Under the pieces are notes generated by a model. It was given only the letters and a program-made list of their open reading frames with translations, had not been told where the DNA came from and searched no databases. Shown here one piece after another: positions 12,370 to 25,254 of a stretch of 64,000 bases of DNA. Location: the NCBI RefSeq assembly GCF_006345805.1, contig NC_043004.1, positions 12,524,001 through 12,588,000 of the forward strand. Reading direction: 5' to 3'. The DNA is from Octopus sinensis (taxonomy: Eukaryota). The first letter of the stretch is position 1, and each line of letters opens with the position of its first letter. The position numbers and the translations under genes were made by a program.

Positions 12370-12454
<85 letters not shown>

Positions 12455-13104
12455 AACCCAGTGAGGCCATCAAAGCCGAACAAAAGCAATGACAATACCG
12501 GGAGATTAGATTTAGACAGTGTTGCACTCTTGGAACACAAATGCCTTCATATTGACAGCATAATTACACCATTCTTTGGGTGGGTGGGTGGGGGGGAGAA
12601 CAGCTAGTTGAAGGGTCGCTAGTAGCAGCAGCGGCAGTGGTAGTGGTAGTAGTAGTAGTAGTAGTAGCATTATTGATAGGAGGAGGAGGAGGAGGAGGGA
12701 GATTAGGTAGTGGTGTTGGTGGTGATGCTGTTTTAGTGGTGGTGTTCCGTTTGCCTTGCTGCAAACGTTGGATCTTAATAATGGTTGCGATGGTTTTACT
12801 GAGGCACATGTGGTAGCGGCGGTAGTGGTGGTGGTGGTATTGTTGTTGTTGTTGTTGTTGTTGTGTTGTGGTGGTGGTGGTGGTGGTGGTGGTGGCGGCG
12901 GTGGTTTCGGATTTTGTTGATGTCAGTGGTAATTGTAGTGTTGGTGGTGGGTAGTGGTGGCGCGTTCGCGGTGGTGGTTGTTGGTGGTGGTGGTGGTGAT
13001 GGTGGAATGCTGGTAGTGGTGACTGTGGTGGCGGCGGCGGTGCGATGGTGATGGTAGTAGTCGTGGTGGTGGTGGTGGTGGTGGTGTTGGTGGTGGTGGT
13101 ATTG

Positions 13105-13136
<32 letters not shown>

Positions 13137-14112
13137 GGCGGTGGTTTCGGATTTTGTTGATGTCAGTGGTAATTGTAGTGTTGGTGGTGGGTAGTGGTGG
13201 CGGCGTTCGCGGTGGTGGTGGTGGTGGTGGTGGTGATTGTGAATGCTGGTAGTGGTGACTGTGGTGGCGGCGGCGATGCTGATGGTGATGGTAGTAGTCG
13301 TGGTGGTGGTGGTGGTGGTGGTGGTGGTGGTATTGTTGTTGTTGTTGTTGTTGGTGGTGGGTAGTGGTGGCGGCGTTCGCGGTGGTGGTGGTGGTGGTGG
13401 TGATTGTGAATGCTGGTAGTGGTGACTGTGGTGGCGGCGGCGATGCTGATGGTGATGGTAGTAGTCGTGGTGGTGGTGGTGGTGGTGGTGGTATTGTTGT
13501 TGTTGTTGGTGGTGGTGGTGGTGGTGGTGGTTTCGGATTTTGTTGATGTCAGTGGTAATTGTAGTGTTGGTGGTGGGTAGTGGTGGCGGCGTTCGCGGTG
13601 GTGGTGGTGGTGGTGGTGGTGATTGTGAATGCTGGTAGTGGTGACTGTGGTGGCGGCGGCGATGCTGATGGTGATGGTAGTAGTCGTGGTGGTGGTGGTG
13701 GTGGTGGTGATGATGACGGCGGTTGATTGGTCGATGCTAAACTAAACGATCTGCGGTAGTAAATAACAAAGGTGGAGTTTGCACTGTTGGTTGTGGTGGT
13801 TGTGAAAGTGGTAACAATGATGATGATGATCATGATGATGATGATGATCATCATCATCATCATCAAGATGACCATGATGATCATGATGAATATGACGATG
13901 CTGATGATGATGATGATGATAATGACGACGATGATGGTCGTAGTGGTGGTGGTCGTAGTGGTGGTGGTGGTGGTGGTGGTGGTGGTGGTGGTGGTGATGA
14001 TGATGATGCTGACGACAACCCCGACGATGATGCCGACGATGGTGATGCTGATAATGATGATGATAATGTTGACGATGATGGCGATCATGATAATGATGAT
14101 GATGGTGGTGGA

Positions 14113-14147
<35 letters not shown>

Positions 14148-14250
14148 CACGGCGTTGATGTAACCCGGCACCAACGAATGATGGAATACAGTGACAATAT
14201 TGTTGATAGTTATTGTGGTGATGACGATAGCAGTGATGACGATGGTAATG
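11560..14250. repeat. Large trinucleotide low-complexity region (CAT, CCT, GTA, GCA, GGT, GAT) containing a duplicated unit of about 240 bp
   Basis: Direct reading; the anchor TTTCGGATTTTGTTGATGTCAGTGGTAATTGTAG occurs at about 12905, 13144 and 13531. Confidence 0.9.
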
Positions 14251-14338
14251 GAAAAGTGAAGCGTAGTCTTCAGAATTAACAGGAACGAATAATGGTGGTG
14301 ATGATGGCGATACTTTTGTTTCAGTTTTGATCGCGGCC

Positions 14339-14398
<60 letters not shown>

Positions 14399-14564
14399 TT
14401 GTATATACATATGTATATATATATATATTTATATTTAATTGTATATGCTATTATATATATATATATACATACATGCATGCATGCATACATACATACATAC
14501 ATACATACATACATACATACATACATACATACATACATACGTACGTACGTACAAATAAACATAA

Positions 14565-14760
14565 GAGCACTCCGTCGGTTACGACGAAGAGGGACCCAGC
14601 TGATAGGACCAACGGTACAGCTTGGTCGTGAAATCAACGTGCAAGTGGCTCTGAGCACTCCACAGACACGTGTATCCTTTACGTAGTTTTCAGAGAGACT
14701 CGGCGTGACACAGAGTGTAGCAAGGCCGGCCCTTTGAAACACAGGTACTACTCATTTTTC
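14565..14760 (-). mobile_element. 3' tail fragment of SINE family F
   Basis: Homologous to the tails at 38615-38800 and 46245-46410 (GCAAGTGGCTGAGCACTCC, CCCTTTGAA). Confidence 0.7.
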
Positions 14761-14761
14761 G

Positions 14762-15715
14762 TAACGGCAGACGAAATACGGCGTGCTAACCTTTCTGCCA
14801 GCTCGCCGCCTTTCACCGAAGCAATACTTATTTCTTTATCGCCCGCAAGGGGCTAAACATAGAGGGGGAACACACTAAAAGAGAGAGGCATTAAGTCGAT
14901 TACATCGACCCCAGTCCATAACTCGTACTTATTTAATCGATCCCAAAAGGATGAAATGCAAAGTCGACCTCGGCGAAACTTGAACTCAGAACGTAACGAC
15001 AGACGAAATACCTATTTCTTTACTACCCACAAGGGGCTAACCACAGAGGGACAAACAAGACAGACAAACAGATTAAGTCGATTACATCGACCCCGGTGCG
15101 TGACTGGTACTTAATTTATCGACCCCGAAAGGATGAAAGGCAAAGTCAACCTAGGCGGAATTTGAACTCAGAACGTAACGGCAGACGAAATACTGCTAAG
15201 CATATCGCCCGGTGTGCTAACGTTTCTGCCAGCTCGCCGCCTTACACCAAAGCAATATTTATTTCCTTATTGCCCACAGGAGCAGACAAAGGGCTTATTA
15301 AGTCGATTACATCGACCCTAGTGCCTATTTCTTTACTACCCACAAGGGTCTAAACACAGAGGAGACAAACAAGGACAGACAAAGGGATTAAGTCGATTAT
15401 ATCGATCCCAGTACGTAACTGGTACTTATTTAATCGACCCCGAAAGGATGAAAGGCAAATCGACCTCGGTGGAATTTGAACTCACAGCATAACGGCAGAC
15501 GAAATACGTATTTCTTTATTACCCACAAGGGGCTAAACACAGAGGGTACAAACAAGGACAGACATAGGTATTAAGTCGATTACATCGACCCCAGTGCGTA
15601 ACTGGTACTTAATTTATCGACCCCGAAAGGATGAAAGACAAATCGACCTCGGTGGAATTTGAACTCACAGCATAACGGCAGACGAAATACGGCTACGCAT
15701 TTCACCCGGCGAGCC
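14762..15715 (-). mobile_element. Tandem array of 4-5 copies of tRNA-derived SINE family B
   Basis: Repeated block CCCCGAAAGGATGAAAGGCAAAGTCGACCTCGGCGGAATTTGAACTCAGAACGTAACGGCAGACGAAATA. Confidence 0.9.
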
Positions 15716-16354
15716 ATATTGACAACGAATAAACAGTAAACAGTTAATGTCATCCACTTACATGCACATCAACCGTTCTGTGTTTCTCATGTGGTAGTGT
15801 CCTTTGCATCTTCTTATATTTTCCGTTTGCTAATTTAAAATGTTTTAATACGAATTTCCTTGTCGTTCTGTTATTATATTCCTGTTAAAACTGTAACACT
15901 TTATTGTATTATGTGTATATGTACGTGTGTTTCTTGTTTCAAATTTTCATATTCCCCAGATTTTGTCTTTCCTGATACAGCCGTTAAATATCGTTGCATT
16001 TGCCGTTACTGCTTTGCTTTACATATATATGTCTTATCAATTTAATCACCATAGCGACACCAACTCCTCGTGAAAAGGTGATGGCTTGATAATGAATGTG
16101 TGTATGTTTTACACAACGCACACGAGCGCCCGTACGCACGCATGCACGCATATACTCACTCTCAAATACACACATACATACACATTTATGGAATATCTGC
16201 CGTTTCTTTTTCTCGTTCAACTGAACAACGCTCATGGTATTTGTTTGTTTTTTTTTAAATCGCAGGCAGTTATTGGAAATGTATATATATATTAATAATA
16301 ATACTGTAATTGTTCCTGTTGTTGTTGTTTTTTTTGTTTCCCGTTTGGATTAAA

Positions 16355-16413
<59 letters not shown>

Positions 16414-16663
16414 GAGGGGGTGCCGAAGAGCTCCTGGCTTTAAGGGGCTCGCGAAATGTCTGGCTGGAGGCCAAAACTTCCGAATTCTTTTACAGGGTTG
16501 GACAAGCTGAAGGATCACTTTGGCCGAAATAAGATTAAGATTAATGTAAAAAATAAATATCACTGAAGCAAAATAACACCAAATATATAGTGCGTGTGTT
16601 TTTATTGGCTAAACTGGCAATATGACCATTCCGAAATATAACAATATATATATATATTGTATT

Positions 16664-16730
<67 letters not shown>

Positions 16731-16868
16731 TATATATATATATATGTATACATTTATATATGTATCTTTCCATTTCCTGAGCGCCTATTAATAATAATAC
16801 TGTAATTGTTCCTGTTGTTGTTGTTTTTTTTGTTTCCCGTTTGGATTAAAATTATATATATATATATA

Positions 16869-17089
16869 CGAGGGGGTGCCGAAGAGCTCCTGGCTTTAAG
16901 GGACTCGCGAAATGTCTGGCTGGAGGCCAAAACTTCCGAATTCTTTTACAGGGTTGGACAAGCTGAAGGATCACTGCAATAAGTGTGTGAATCTGAGAGG
17001 GGAAATATGTGGAATAAAATCATAATTGTCTGATTCTCCTGTGCTATTTTTTAAAACTCAAAGCCAGGAAGTTTTCAAGCGCACCCCTC
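16869..17089 (+). mobile_element. mariner-derived MITE
   Basis: TA|CGAGGGGGTGCC...CCTGGCTTT and AAAGCCAGG...GCACCCCTC termini; internal remnant encoding the mariner C-terminus (KCVNLRGEYVE-like). A truncated duplicate lies at 16412-16518. Confidence 0.75.
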
Positions 17090-17156
<67 letters not shown>

Positions 17157-17399
17157 TGTGTGTGTGAGTGTGTGTGTGTGAGTGTGTGTGAGTGTGTGTG
17201 CGTCCTTCCTTATCATTCGTCTCTCAGTCCGCTACAAACCCTCAAACCCTCTCTCCCTTTCTGTCTCTCCCTGTGTCTCTGTCAGTCTGTCTGTCTCTCT
17301 CCTATCTCTGTCTCTTTCTCTCTCTCACTCTCTATCCCTGTCAGTCTCAATTACAGCATCAACCCCTTCCCCACTTCGATCGTAAAATTTGTCATCCGT

Positions 17400-18610
17400 A
17401 ATTGCAAACACAGGACCTGTCTTCATTCACGGACCTGAGTGATTCACCTTGTAGGCAGTTTCCCACAAGCTCTGGTATTTGGAAAATTCTAGTATAAGTG
17501 ACCCTCCTATTATAAAGCCGAACCAGTTCGGTCTCCCACCCTCTCAATACGTCGCTGTCAGTCTAGTTCGTGGCCGATGTTTTCTTATGGTGAGTCGGAG
17601 ATGGAGGTGGATTTCACCTCCTACCTTACAGTCAAGGATGCGGAGTTCGTCGAAGTGCCGATAGTAGCCGAAGACATACGAGCTGCACAAGGGAGAAGTC
17701 TTCGAGGCTGGATAGTCGGCCCTCCGAAGTTCATTTTTAGATGCCAGACTTGTTCGGTGATCTCTTGGCTTGTGTCTAGTGCAACTGACAGCAGAACAGG
17801 AAAAATCCCCAGTGTTGTGAACTGTGACGTAGTGGTGCTGCTGAGAAAGGACCCGAATAAGGAGTACCAAATAGATAATTTTGAGTCCATAACTCTGCTG
17901 AACAGAGATTATAAGACTTTGGCCAAGACGTTAGCCAATAGGTTGGCACTTGTCGTTGATAAGCAGAAAAGCACTATCCCAAACAAATCTACGAGAAACT
18001 CCGTTTCACGCGCTACAACACAGAGAAGGTGGGTAAGGGACCTTGCATGGGTGGACCCATGAACAGTTTGAATCAATCAAAAGCTTTTGATAGGGTGGAC
18101 GCCCACTCTCACCTCTCCTGTACGTGCTGGCTCGAGAGCAATTACTAAGGAATTTGACTGTTTCGAAGAGCATGCTGCATGAACTAGGCTGTACCTGGAG
18201 TGTCGGCAAGTACTCACAGCCTTCTGCCAGTCAGGCAATGCGATATAGGAGATTAGTAGCGAGAAAATATAATGACAATACGGTAAAGCTCTGAGCTTCT
18301 GGAGGAATCAATTAGCTGGTCTTCGCCGAAGGAATTTTAAACCGGGGCCTATGGATAATTTCCAGGAATCCACAGTCTGGAAGTACTACCGGGGAGCTCT
18401 GCTGGTTCGAGACAAGCTCAGCAGGCTCGGAAGTGCTATCAGACAGAGAGGTGCAGAGGACGATGAAACCTTTCAGTATGCATTCGCCTAGTGTCCGGGC
18501 ATTGTTGACTTGTAGAGTTTTGTCTAACAGCTGTTGCTGTATGTAGGACGGATTCTATTATCAACCGAGTCAATCGTGATGATCGCCACGCCTTCTTCTT
18601 TAGGCTGCCA
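17400..18610 (+). mobile_element. Heavily deleted Tx1/L1-like LINE remnant
   Basis: RT N-terminal motif VVVLLRKDPNK...ITLLNRDYKTLAKTLANRL; 18360-18600 is homologous to the zinc-knuckle region at 28640-28900. Confidence 0.7.
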
Positions 18611-18619
18611 AAGAAGTGT

Positions 18620-18694
18620 CGTCTTCTAGTAGTAGTAGTGGTAGTGTTGGTGGTGTTGGTGGTGGTGGTAGTAGTAGTGGTGGTGGTGGTAGAG

Positions 18695-18729
<35 letters not shown>

Positions 18730-18899
18730 GGTGGTGTTGGTGTTAGTGGTGGTGTTGGTGGTGGTGGTGTTGGTGTTGGTGGTGGTGGTGGTAGTAGTAG
18801 TAGTAGTGGTGGTGGTGGTGGCCGTCGTCGTGGTAGTAATAGTGGTAGTGGTAGTAGTAGTTGTGGTGGTGGTAGTAGTCGTAGTGGTGGTAGTGATGA

Positions 18900-18944
<45 letters not shown>

Positions 18945-19826
18945 TAGTAGCAGCAGTAGCAGTAGTTGTATCCAGACGAGCAGTGTTTATGCTCGTGTTG
19001 TATCAATCACTGTATGATCAGTTGAAGAAAGTCGCTTCCATGTTCGAATCCTGTTAATTAGAAACTGCCCCACCCCACTCCACCTGCCTACTTCATGGTG
19101 CTTGTCATCAACGATTGATAGTTTGATTAATTAATTAATTATATTTAAAGGCTAATTGAACTTTCAATGAATTTGTTAGTGTAGCTGCCAGCGTTGGATG
19201 TGGTGGTCTTGTTGTTTTTGTTGTTGTTGCTGCTGCTGTTGTTGTTGTTGTTGTTGTTGATGATGATAATGGTGGTGATGATGGCGATCGTGGTGATTGG
19301 GATAATGATGATGATGATGCTTGTGATGAAGATGATGCTGATGATGGTGGTAGTGGTAGTGATGATGATGATGATGATGATGATGAGCATTAAAATGGTG
19401 AAGGAGGTGTTGGCGATTGTAGCGGTGATGGTAAAGGCTATAATGGGGATGATGATGATGAAGATAATAGTAGTGGTGATTTGGTGTGGCATTGATGGTG
19501 GTGATGGTGACGCTGATGGTGGTAGTCATGGTAGCGGTGATGGTGGTGATGGTGGTGGTGATGATGTTGATGGTGATGATGGTGGTGATGATGTTGATGT
19601 TGATGATGGTGGTGATGATGATGGTGATGGTGGTGGTGATGATGATGATGATGATGATGATGATGAGGCGGTGGAGGAGGAGGAGGAGGAGGAGGAAGAG
19701 AATATGGGTGGAGGTGCGAGATGGTAGTAATGGCAGTGGAGGTGATAGTGCCGACGGGATAATGGTATTATAGGCGGTCTCTGATATGCTTGGTGGTGGT
19801 GGTGGTGGTGACGACGATAACGGTGG

Positions 19827-19865
<39 letters not shown>

Positions 19866-19900
19866 CGATGATAGCGGTCGTGGTGGTCGTGGCTTCGGCC
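18620..19900. repeat. GTA/GGT/GAT trinucleotide low-complexity blocks
   Basis: Direct reading. Confidence 0.9.
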
Positions 19901-20039
19901 TCGTTGATGGTTGACAATGAATGTTATATTGACGTGTTTAGAAACTAGCTATAAGGTCTGAAATCTGCCCTGGACCTGAACTATTGGCCTCTGTATTGCT
20001 AGTTAACTAGACACCTCTCGCATATCTTGACATCGCCAG

Positions 20040-20051
20040 TAATTTAGTTCG

Positions 20052-20086
<35 letters not shown>

Positions 20087-20443
20087 ACATACACATACAC
20101 ACAAACCCATACTTAGAGACTCGCATACAAACACTCATGTAATCACAAACACACACACATACCACGTACAGTCGTAGAAGCATACCACTATATTCCGCTT
20201 TACATATTACGTTTTATAAAACACATATACACAATCACACACGCATATGCTCGTATACACACATACCTGTCTGTATATATACACACACGCAAACACACAC
20301 ACACACACACGCAAACACACACACACACACACACAAATGGAAAATGAAGCCAAAAAGAACGTTTTGGTGTATGTAGGTATGTGTAAACGTTTTATATACC
20401 TACATAGACATACATGCATGTAAGCAGGTATATATATGTACAT

Positions 20444-20534
<91 letters not shown>

Positions 20535-20565
20535 TATAGATATACATATACATATACACATATAA

Positions 20566-20604
<39 letters not shown>

Positions 20605-20610
20605 GTATAT

Positions 20611-20673
<63 letters not shown>

Positions 20674-20764
20674 ATATCTATATATCTATATCCATCCATC
20701 CATCTCTCTATCTATCTATCTACCTATCAGTATATATATCTACCTATCTGTATATATATATATA

Positions 20765-20812
<48 letters not shown>

Positions 20813-20852
20813 TAGATAGATAGATACATACATACATACATACATACATACA

Positions 20853-20919
<67 letters not shown>

Positions 20920-20923
20920 GATG

Positions 20924-21000
<77 letters not shown>

Positions 21001-21012
21001 GTGTATATTTGC

Positions 21013-21048
<36 letters not shown>

Positions 21049-21473
21049 ATATATATATACATATATATATGCATTGATGTGTATATCTAGTTATACATAC
21101 ATGCATATATCTATACATACATATATCTATATATACATATATGTGTGTGTGTGTGTATGTATGTATGTACATATATAAATATCTGCATGTGTGCATTTGT
21201 GTGTGTATATGCATGTGTATTTAGATATTATTGAATGTGAAAGTAGAAAAATACAGACACAAAGATACAGAAGAGCACAAGACGAAGTAAATGGTCAGTA
21301 ATGATGGATTAATTAAGCAATCACAAGAGATCTGCAAGTAGAATCTCTTAATTAATGAACAGTGTTCACCATTTAATGAATGTTGTTCACTCTTTAATGA
21401 ACGATTGTCACTAGTTTAGAAATTAACAATTTAATTGCTACAACATCCAGATTCTGAGTTTCACCCTTGATTG

Positions 21474-21521
<48 letters not shown>

Positions 21522-21621
21522 GCTAACTAACTAATTATATAACTAATTATCTATCTATCTGTTAGTCGCCCTGTTGGTTACGCACTGTGTTTCTGTTCCT
21601 TCCGCCTGTATATATATATAT

Positions 21622-21674
<53 letters not shown>

Positions 21675-21740
21675 ATATTTATATATGAGGCAATTCGTTG
21701 CTAAACCCTTAATTGCTTAGTATATATATATATATATATA
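20040..21740. repeat. Compound (CA)/(TA)/(GA)/(GATA)/(TATC) microsatellites
   Basis: Direct reading. Confidence 0.95.
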
Positions 21741-21874
21741 TATACCAACCAGGTACAATTCTTTAAATATTTTTAATACTCAACCTACTCATGAAGCCGC
21801 AATAAAAAAAAACCCGAAGAAAATACGAAGCAAGTTTTAAACTGAAGTTGCCAAGGTATCTAACAACTGTTCTC

Positions 21875-22072
21875 CGGCGAGCTGGCAGAAACGTTAGCAC
21901 GCCGGGCGAAATGCGTAGCCGTATTTCGTCTGCCGTTACGTTCTGAGTTCAAATTCCGCCGAGGTCGACTTTGCCTTTCATCCTTTCGGGGTCGATTAAA
22001 TAAGTACCAGTTATGTACTGGGGTCGATATAATCAACTTAATCCGTTTGTTTGTCCCCTCTATGTTTAGCCC
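21875..22072 (+). mobile_element. tRNA-derived SINE, family B
   Basis: GGCGAGCTGGCAGAAACGTTAG head, GAGTTCAAATTCC B box, body TTGCCTTTCATCCTTTCGGGGTCGA. Confidence 0.9.
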
Positions 22073-22185
22073 CTTGTGGATAGTAAAGAAACAGATAGAA
22101 GGAGAACAGTGTAAAAGTTACCATACCATTTAAAATACTGGGTATTAATTAAATACGGTGTGATTCGAAATGTTATTTTACTTAA

Positions 22186-22917
22186 CTTACTTGTACTTGT
22201 GACGGCGTTCACCCAGAGCGGGTTGAGCCAGCTTTTTCTCTGGTCCTGACGGCATTACGAACCATGGCGGCCCACGCCCCACGGTCCTGTGCGAGGTCAC
22301 TGGAGATAGCGAGCCATTCGCGGTTCCGTCTGCGCAGACCGACCACTTTAAAGTGATGACGTCTCTGGTCGCAGCAGATGACTGGCAGCTAATCGTTCTC
22401 GAGGGCGTGGAGCTTGAGGATATGGAGTCCTTCGTCTACCTGGGTTCAACGGTGATTCCAACGGGCCTGGGCGCAGCCGAGATCGAGCGTCACACAGGTG
22501 CTGCCAGATCCGCATTCGTGCGCCTCTAGCGGTGCCTGTGGGACAGAAGAGAGATCTCCTCGGTGACCAAAGGGCGAATCTACCAGGCTGTCGTTCGTAC
22601 TATCCTCCTCTATGTTTGTGAAACATGGCCTATGAGGGTAGTCGATCAGCGAAGGCTGGAGGTGTTCGACAATGACCGTTTCCGCCGCACTCTTCGCTGC
22701 CGACACATTGATCGGGTTCCTACAGCCAGTCTTCGTCATCACCTGAATCTCCTGCCCCTTCCTTCGGTGCTTCTGCAACGGCGCATAATGTGGTTCTGTC
22801 TTGCAGCCCGGCGTCCAGAGCGTGAGCTAATTCGTGATGTCCTCCTCCCACCCCCACTTCCCAACTGGCGCAAACGCACGGGCGTGCAGCTGAAGACCTG
22901 GGCAACGACGATAAAGG
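22186..22917 (-). mobile_element. 5'-truncated RTE-clade LINE with a 5' inversion and 11-bp TSD
   Basis: + segment encodes KVMT...FVYLGS...LLYVCETW...KTWATTIKD; - segment encodes the C-terminus and a (CAAGTA) tail; TSD ATTTTACTTAA at 22175-22185 and 22918-22928. Confidence 0.85.
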
Positions 22918-23218
22918 ATTTTACTTAATGTATCCTTGAAAGTTAAGACATGAAACAATATATAGAATTAACATAAATTTGTATACGACGATGAAACAGA
23001 TTCTTTCTTTAATTCTGTCGATCGTAACGTCGTAAACAAAGGCGTGTTCATGCGGCCGAACCATTTGAAATGTTCAAAGCAGCTGATGACTTCTTCTGTT
23101 TAAGGCGCTTCAACTACAATGGTAGTTTTCACTTCTTTTTCTCTCTGATTCAGTCTGTTCTTGACTCTCCTACCAACCAGATACAATTCTTTAAATATTT
23201 TTAATACTCAACCTACTC

Positions 23219-23581
23219 ATGAAGCCGCAAAAAAAAAAAGCCCGAAGAAAATACGAAGCAAGTTTTAAACTGAAAGCTATTGAAGTTGCCAAGGTATCTA
23301 ACAACTGTACTGCAGCGAGAACATTTGATATGACCGAGAAGATGGTAAGCGATTGGAGAAAGAATGAAGATAGTTTAAGAAACATGCCAAAACTGAAATG
23401 TGCAATGAGAAGAGGAAGCATTCGTTGGCCAGATTTGGAAGATCATGTTTGCAAGTGGGTACTTGAAATGAGACAGGATGGATACAAAGTAACACGAAAT
23501 AAAATAAGATCATACGCATTAAGATGGGCAAAAGCCAGCCAAGATGAAAGTCAGGACTTTAAAGCAACAGTTAATCTGTAA
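23219..23581 (+). pseudogene. pogo-family transposase N-terminus (Brinker-type DBD plus CENP-B/Tc5 HTH), truncated
   Basis: RRKYEASFKLKAIEVA...TEKMVSDWRK and WPDLEDHVCKWV...G..VTRNKIR match pogo/POGK-type N-termini; no DDE domain follows. Confidence 0.8.
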
Positions 23582-23597
23582 ACAAAAGAATGACATA

Positions 23598-23645
23598 CAA
23601 GTAATCCCTCGACTATCGCGGGAGTAGCGTTCCAAAACCCACTGC
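23598..23645 (+). mobile_element. Tigger/pogo TIR-end fragment
   Basis: TACAAGTAATCCCTCGACTATCGCGGGAGTAGCGTTCCAAAACCC resembles Tigger-type termini. Confidence 0.5.
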
Positions 23646-25254
23646 ATGAGAAGGCTTAATGGTTAGGATGTTGGACACATGATCGTAAGTTTGTGCTTTC
23701 GATTTCTGGACTGGTGATGCGTTGTGTCGTTCATATCACGTTGCTCCAGTCCACCCAGCTGGCTAAAATGCGTAACCTTTCGACGGGCCGGCGTTCCGTC
23801 TAGGTGGGGAATATATCAGCCACGGAAACTGGGAAACCGGGGAACTGGCTCCTTGAATCTATATGGTTCGGAAATAAGCAATATCCTCATCTTTAATATC
23901 CTAACATCACTTTCGACTCCACGGATGCTGCGATCGTATTGATTTGTCCTTCCTGGCGTATCTATGAATGGAGAAGAAACTAGACACTTGCTTCTAGACA
24001 CAGCCAAGGAAACGCAGAGGTGGTTCAGATACTATCTCTCTAATACTGTCGACCAACAACGATAAAGTTCAACCATTCGTGTTTTCATTTCCCCTCCAGT
24101 TCAACTGCGATTCTGACCAAATGAGCCGACATATAATGATATGAGTTCTAACCATGACCATCCACGTTTTTTCTATGCGTGGTATATCAACAAATATATT
24201 GGTTTCAAATTTTGACATCAGGCCAGTATTTAGTGGGGAGGGGGATAGTCGATTACATCGACCCGTGTTCGACTGGTACTTATTTTAAGGATGAAAGTTG
24301 TCCTCGGCGGAATTTGAATATCCACTGTTTTTATTTTCCATTGTTTAAAATAATGAGGCGTCATTCCAGGTACTTTCTGACGTCCATCGTCCATCTCATT
24401 CACAAAGATCATTACAGTAATGAAATGGTCCCATCTTATAATTGAAGTCATGTCGGGAGACTCTGCAAAAGGCACTAAAAGAACCAGATGGTGGTGGTGT
24501 TAAACAGATTAGGTCTACAAAGCATGTGATAGGATTTGAACTCAGAACGCAAACAACCGTAACAAATACCGGTCTCAGGTTCTTTTTTTACCGCCAACCC
24601 ACTACCCTTTGTTGGTGCTTTTAAACAACCCCCAAAAATGATATGTAAAATTAACCTCAGCAGGGTTTGTGCTAAGCATAAATGACTAAAAATGTCAATA
24701 ACGGGGTCACGTATCTCAAATAAAGGGAGATAGAGTGACAAGGTCAAAGAAACGCTGGAAGCTGTTAGTGTATACTATTTCAATTTGTTAATTAAGTTAA
24801 GATCAGTGACAACTTGCTTGCCATATCGTCTAAGATTTCTTTTACTTTAACAAGTTGGCAGATATATCATGTATCGTGTTTCTATTTGTGTTGAGGTTTG
24901 TTGAAAAGGGCCTAGTTTTAGATATTTTGCACCTCATTTCATAATATTCCTGCGTAATTTTGTAGGATTTAAAGTAATTTAATTCTCAGTGTATTATTTA
25001 TAAAATAGGTTTTGTGATTTATGCCTAGGGCAGCAAATTTGAGAGTAAACATTGGATGATATTAACGCCCCAGTACTTGACTGGCACAATATTTTCAGAA
25101 CCTCCGGTGCGATGAAAGGCAAAGATGATTTGGTGAGATTTGAACTCAGAACGGAAATGACCGGAAAAAATTGTGCAAAGCGCTTTTTTTTTTCTTCTGA
25201 CGCTTTAATATTCCTTTCAGCTCGTTCATATTCATGAAATATTAACGGGTTTTA

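Noticed and set aside
11395-14742. Long ORFs up to 397 aa
   Set aside because: Entirely low-complexity triplet and dinucleotide repeats that lack stop codons by composition.
20207-21214. YI/YLSI-repeat ORFs (also at 41-42 kb, 47 kb, 49.7-50.1 kb, 55 kb, 61-64 kb)
   Set aside because: (TA)n, (TATC)n, (TATG)n and (CA)n microsatellite artefacts.
23900-24480. Possible - strand exons (IRQEGQINTIAASVESK; SPDMTSIIRWDHFITVM...)
   Set aside because: Weak donors and no consistent phase chain; left for RNA-seq.
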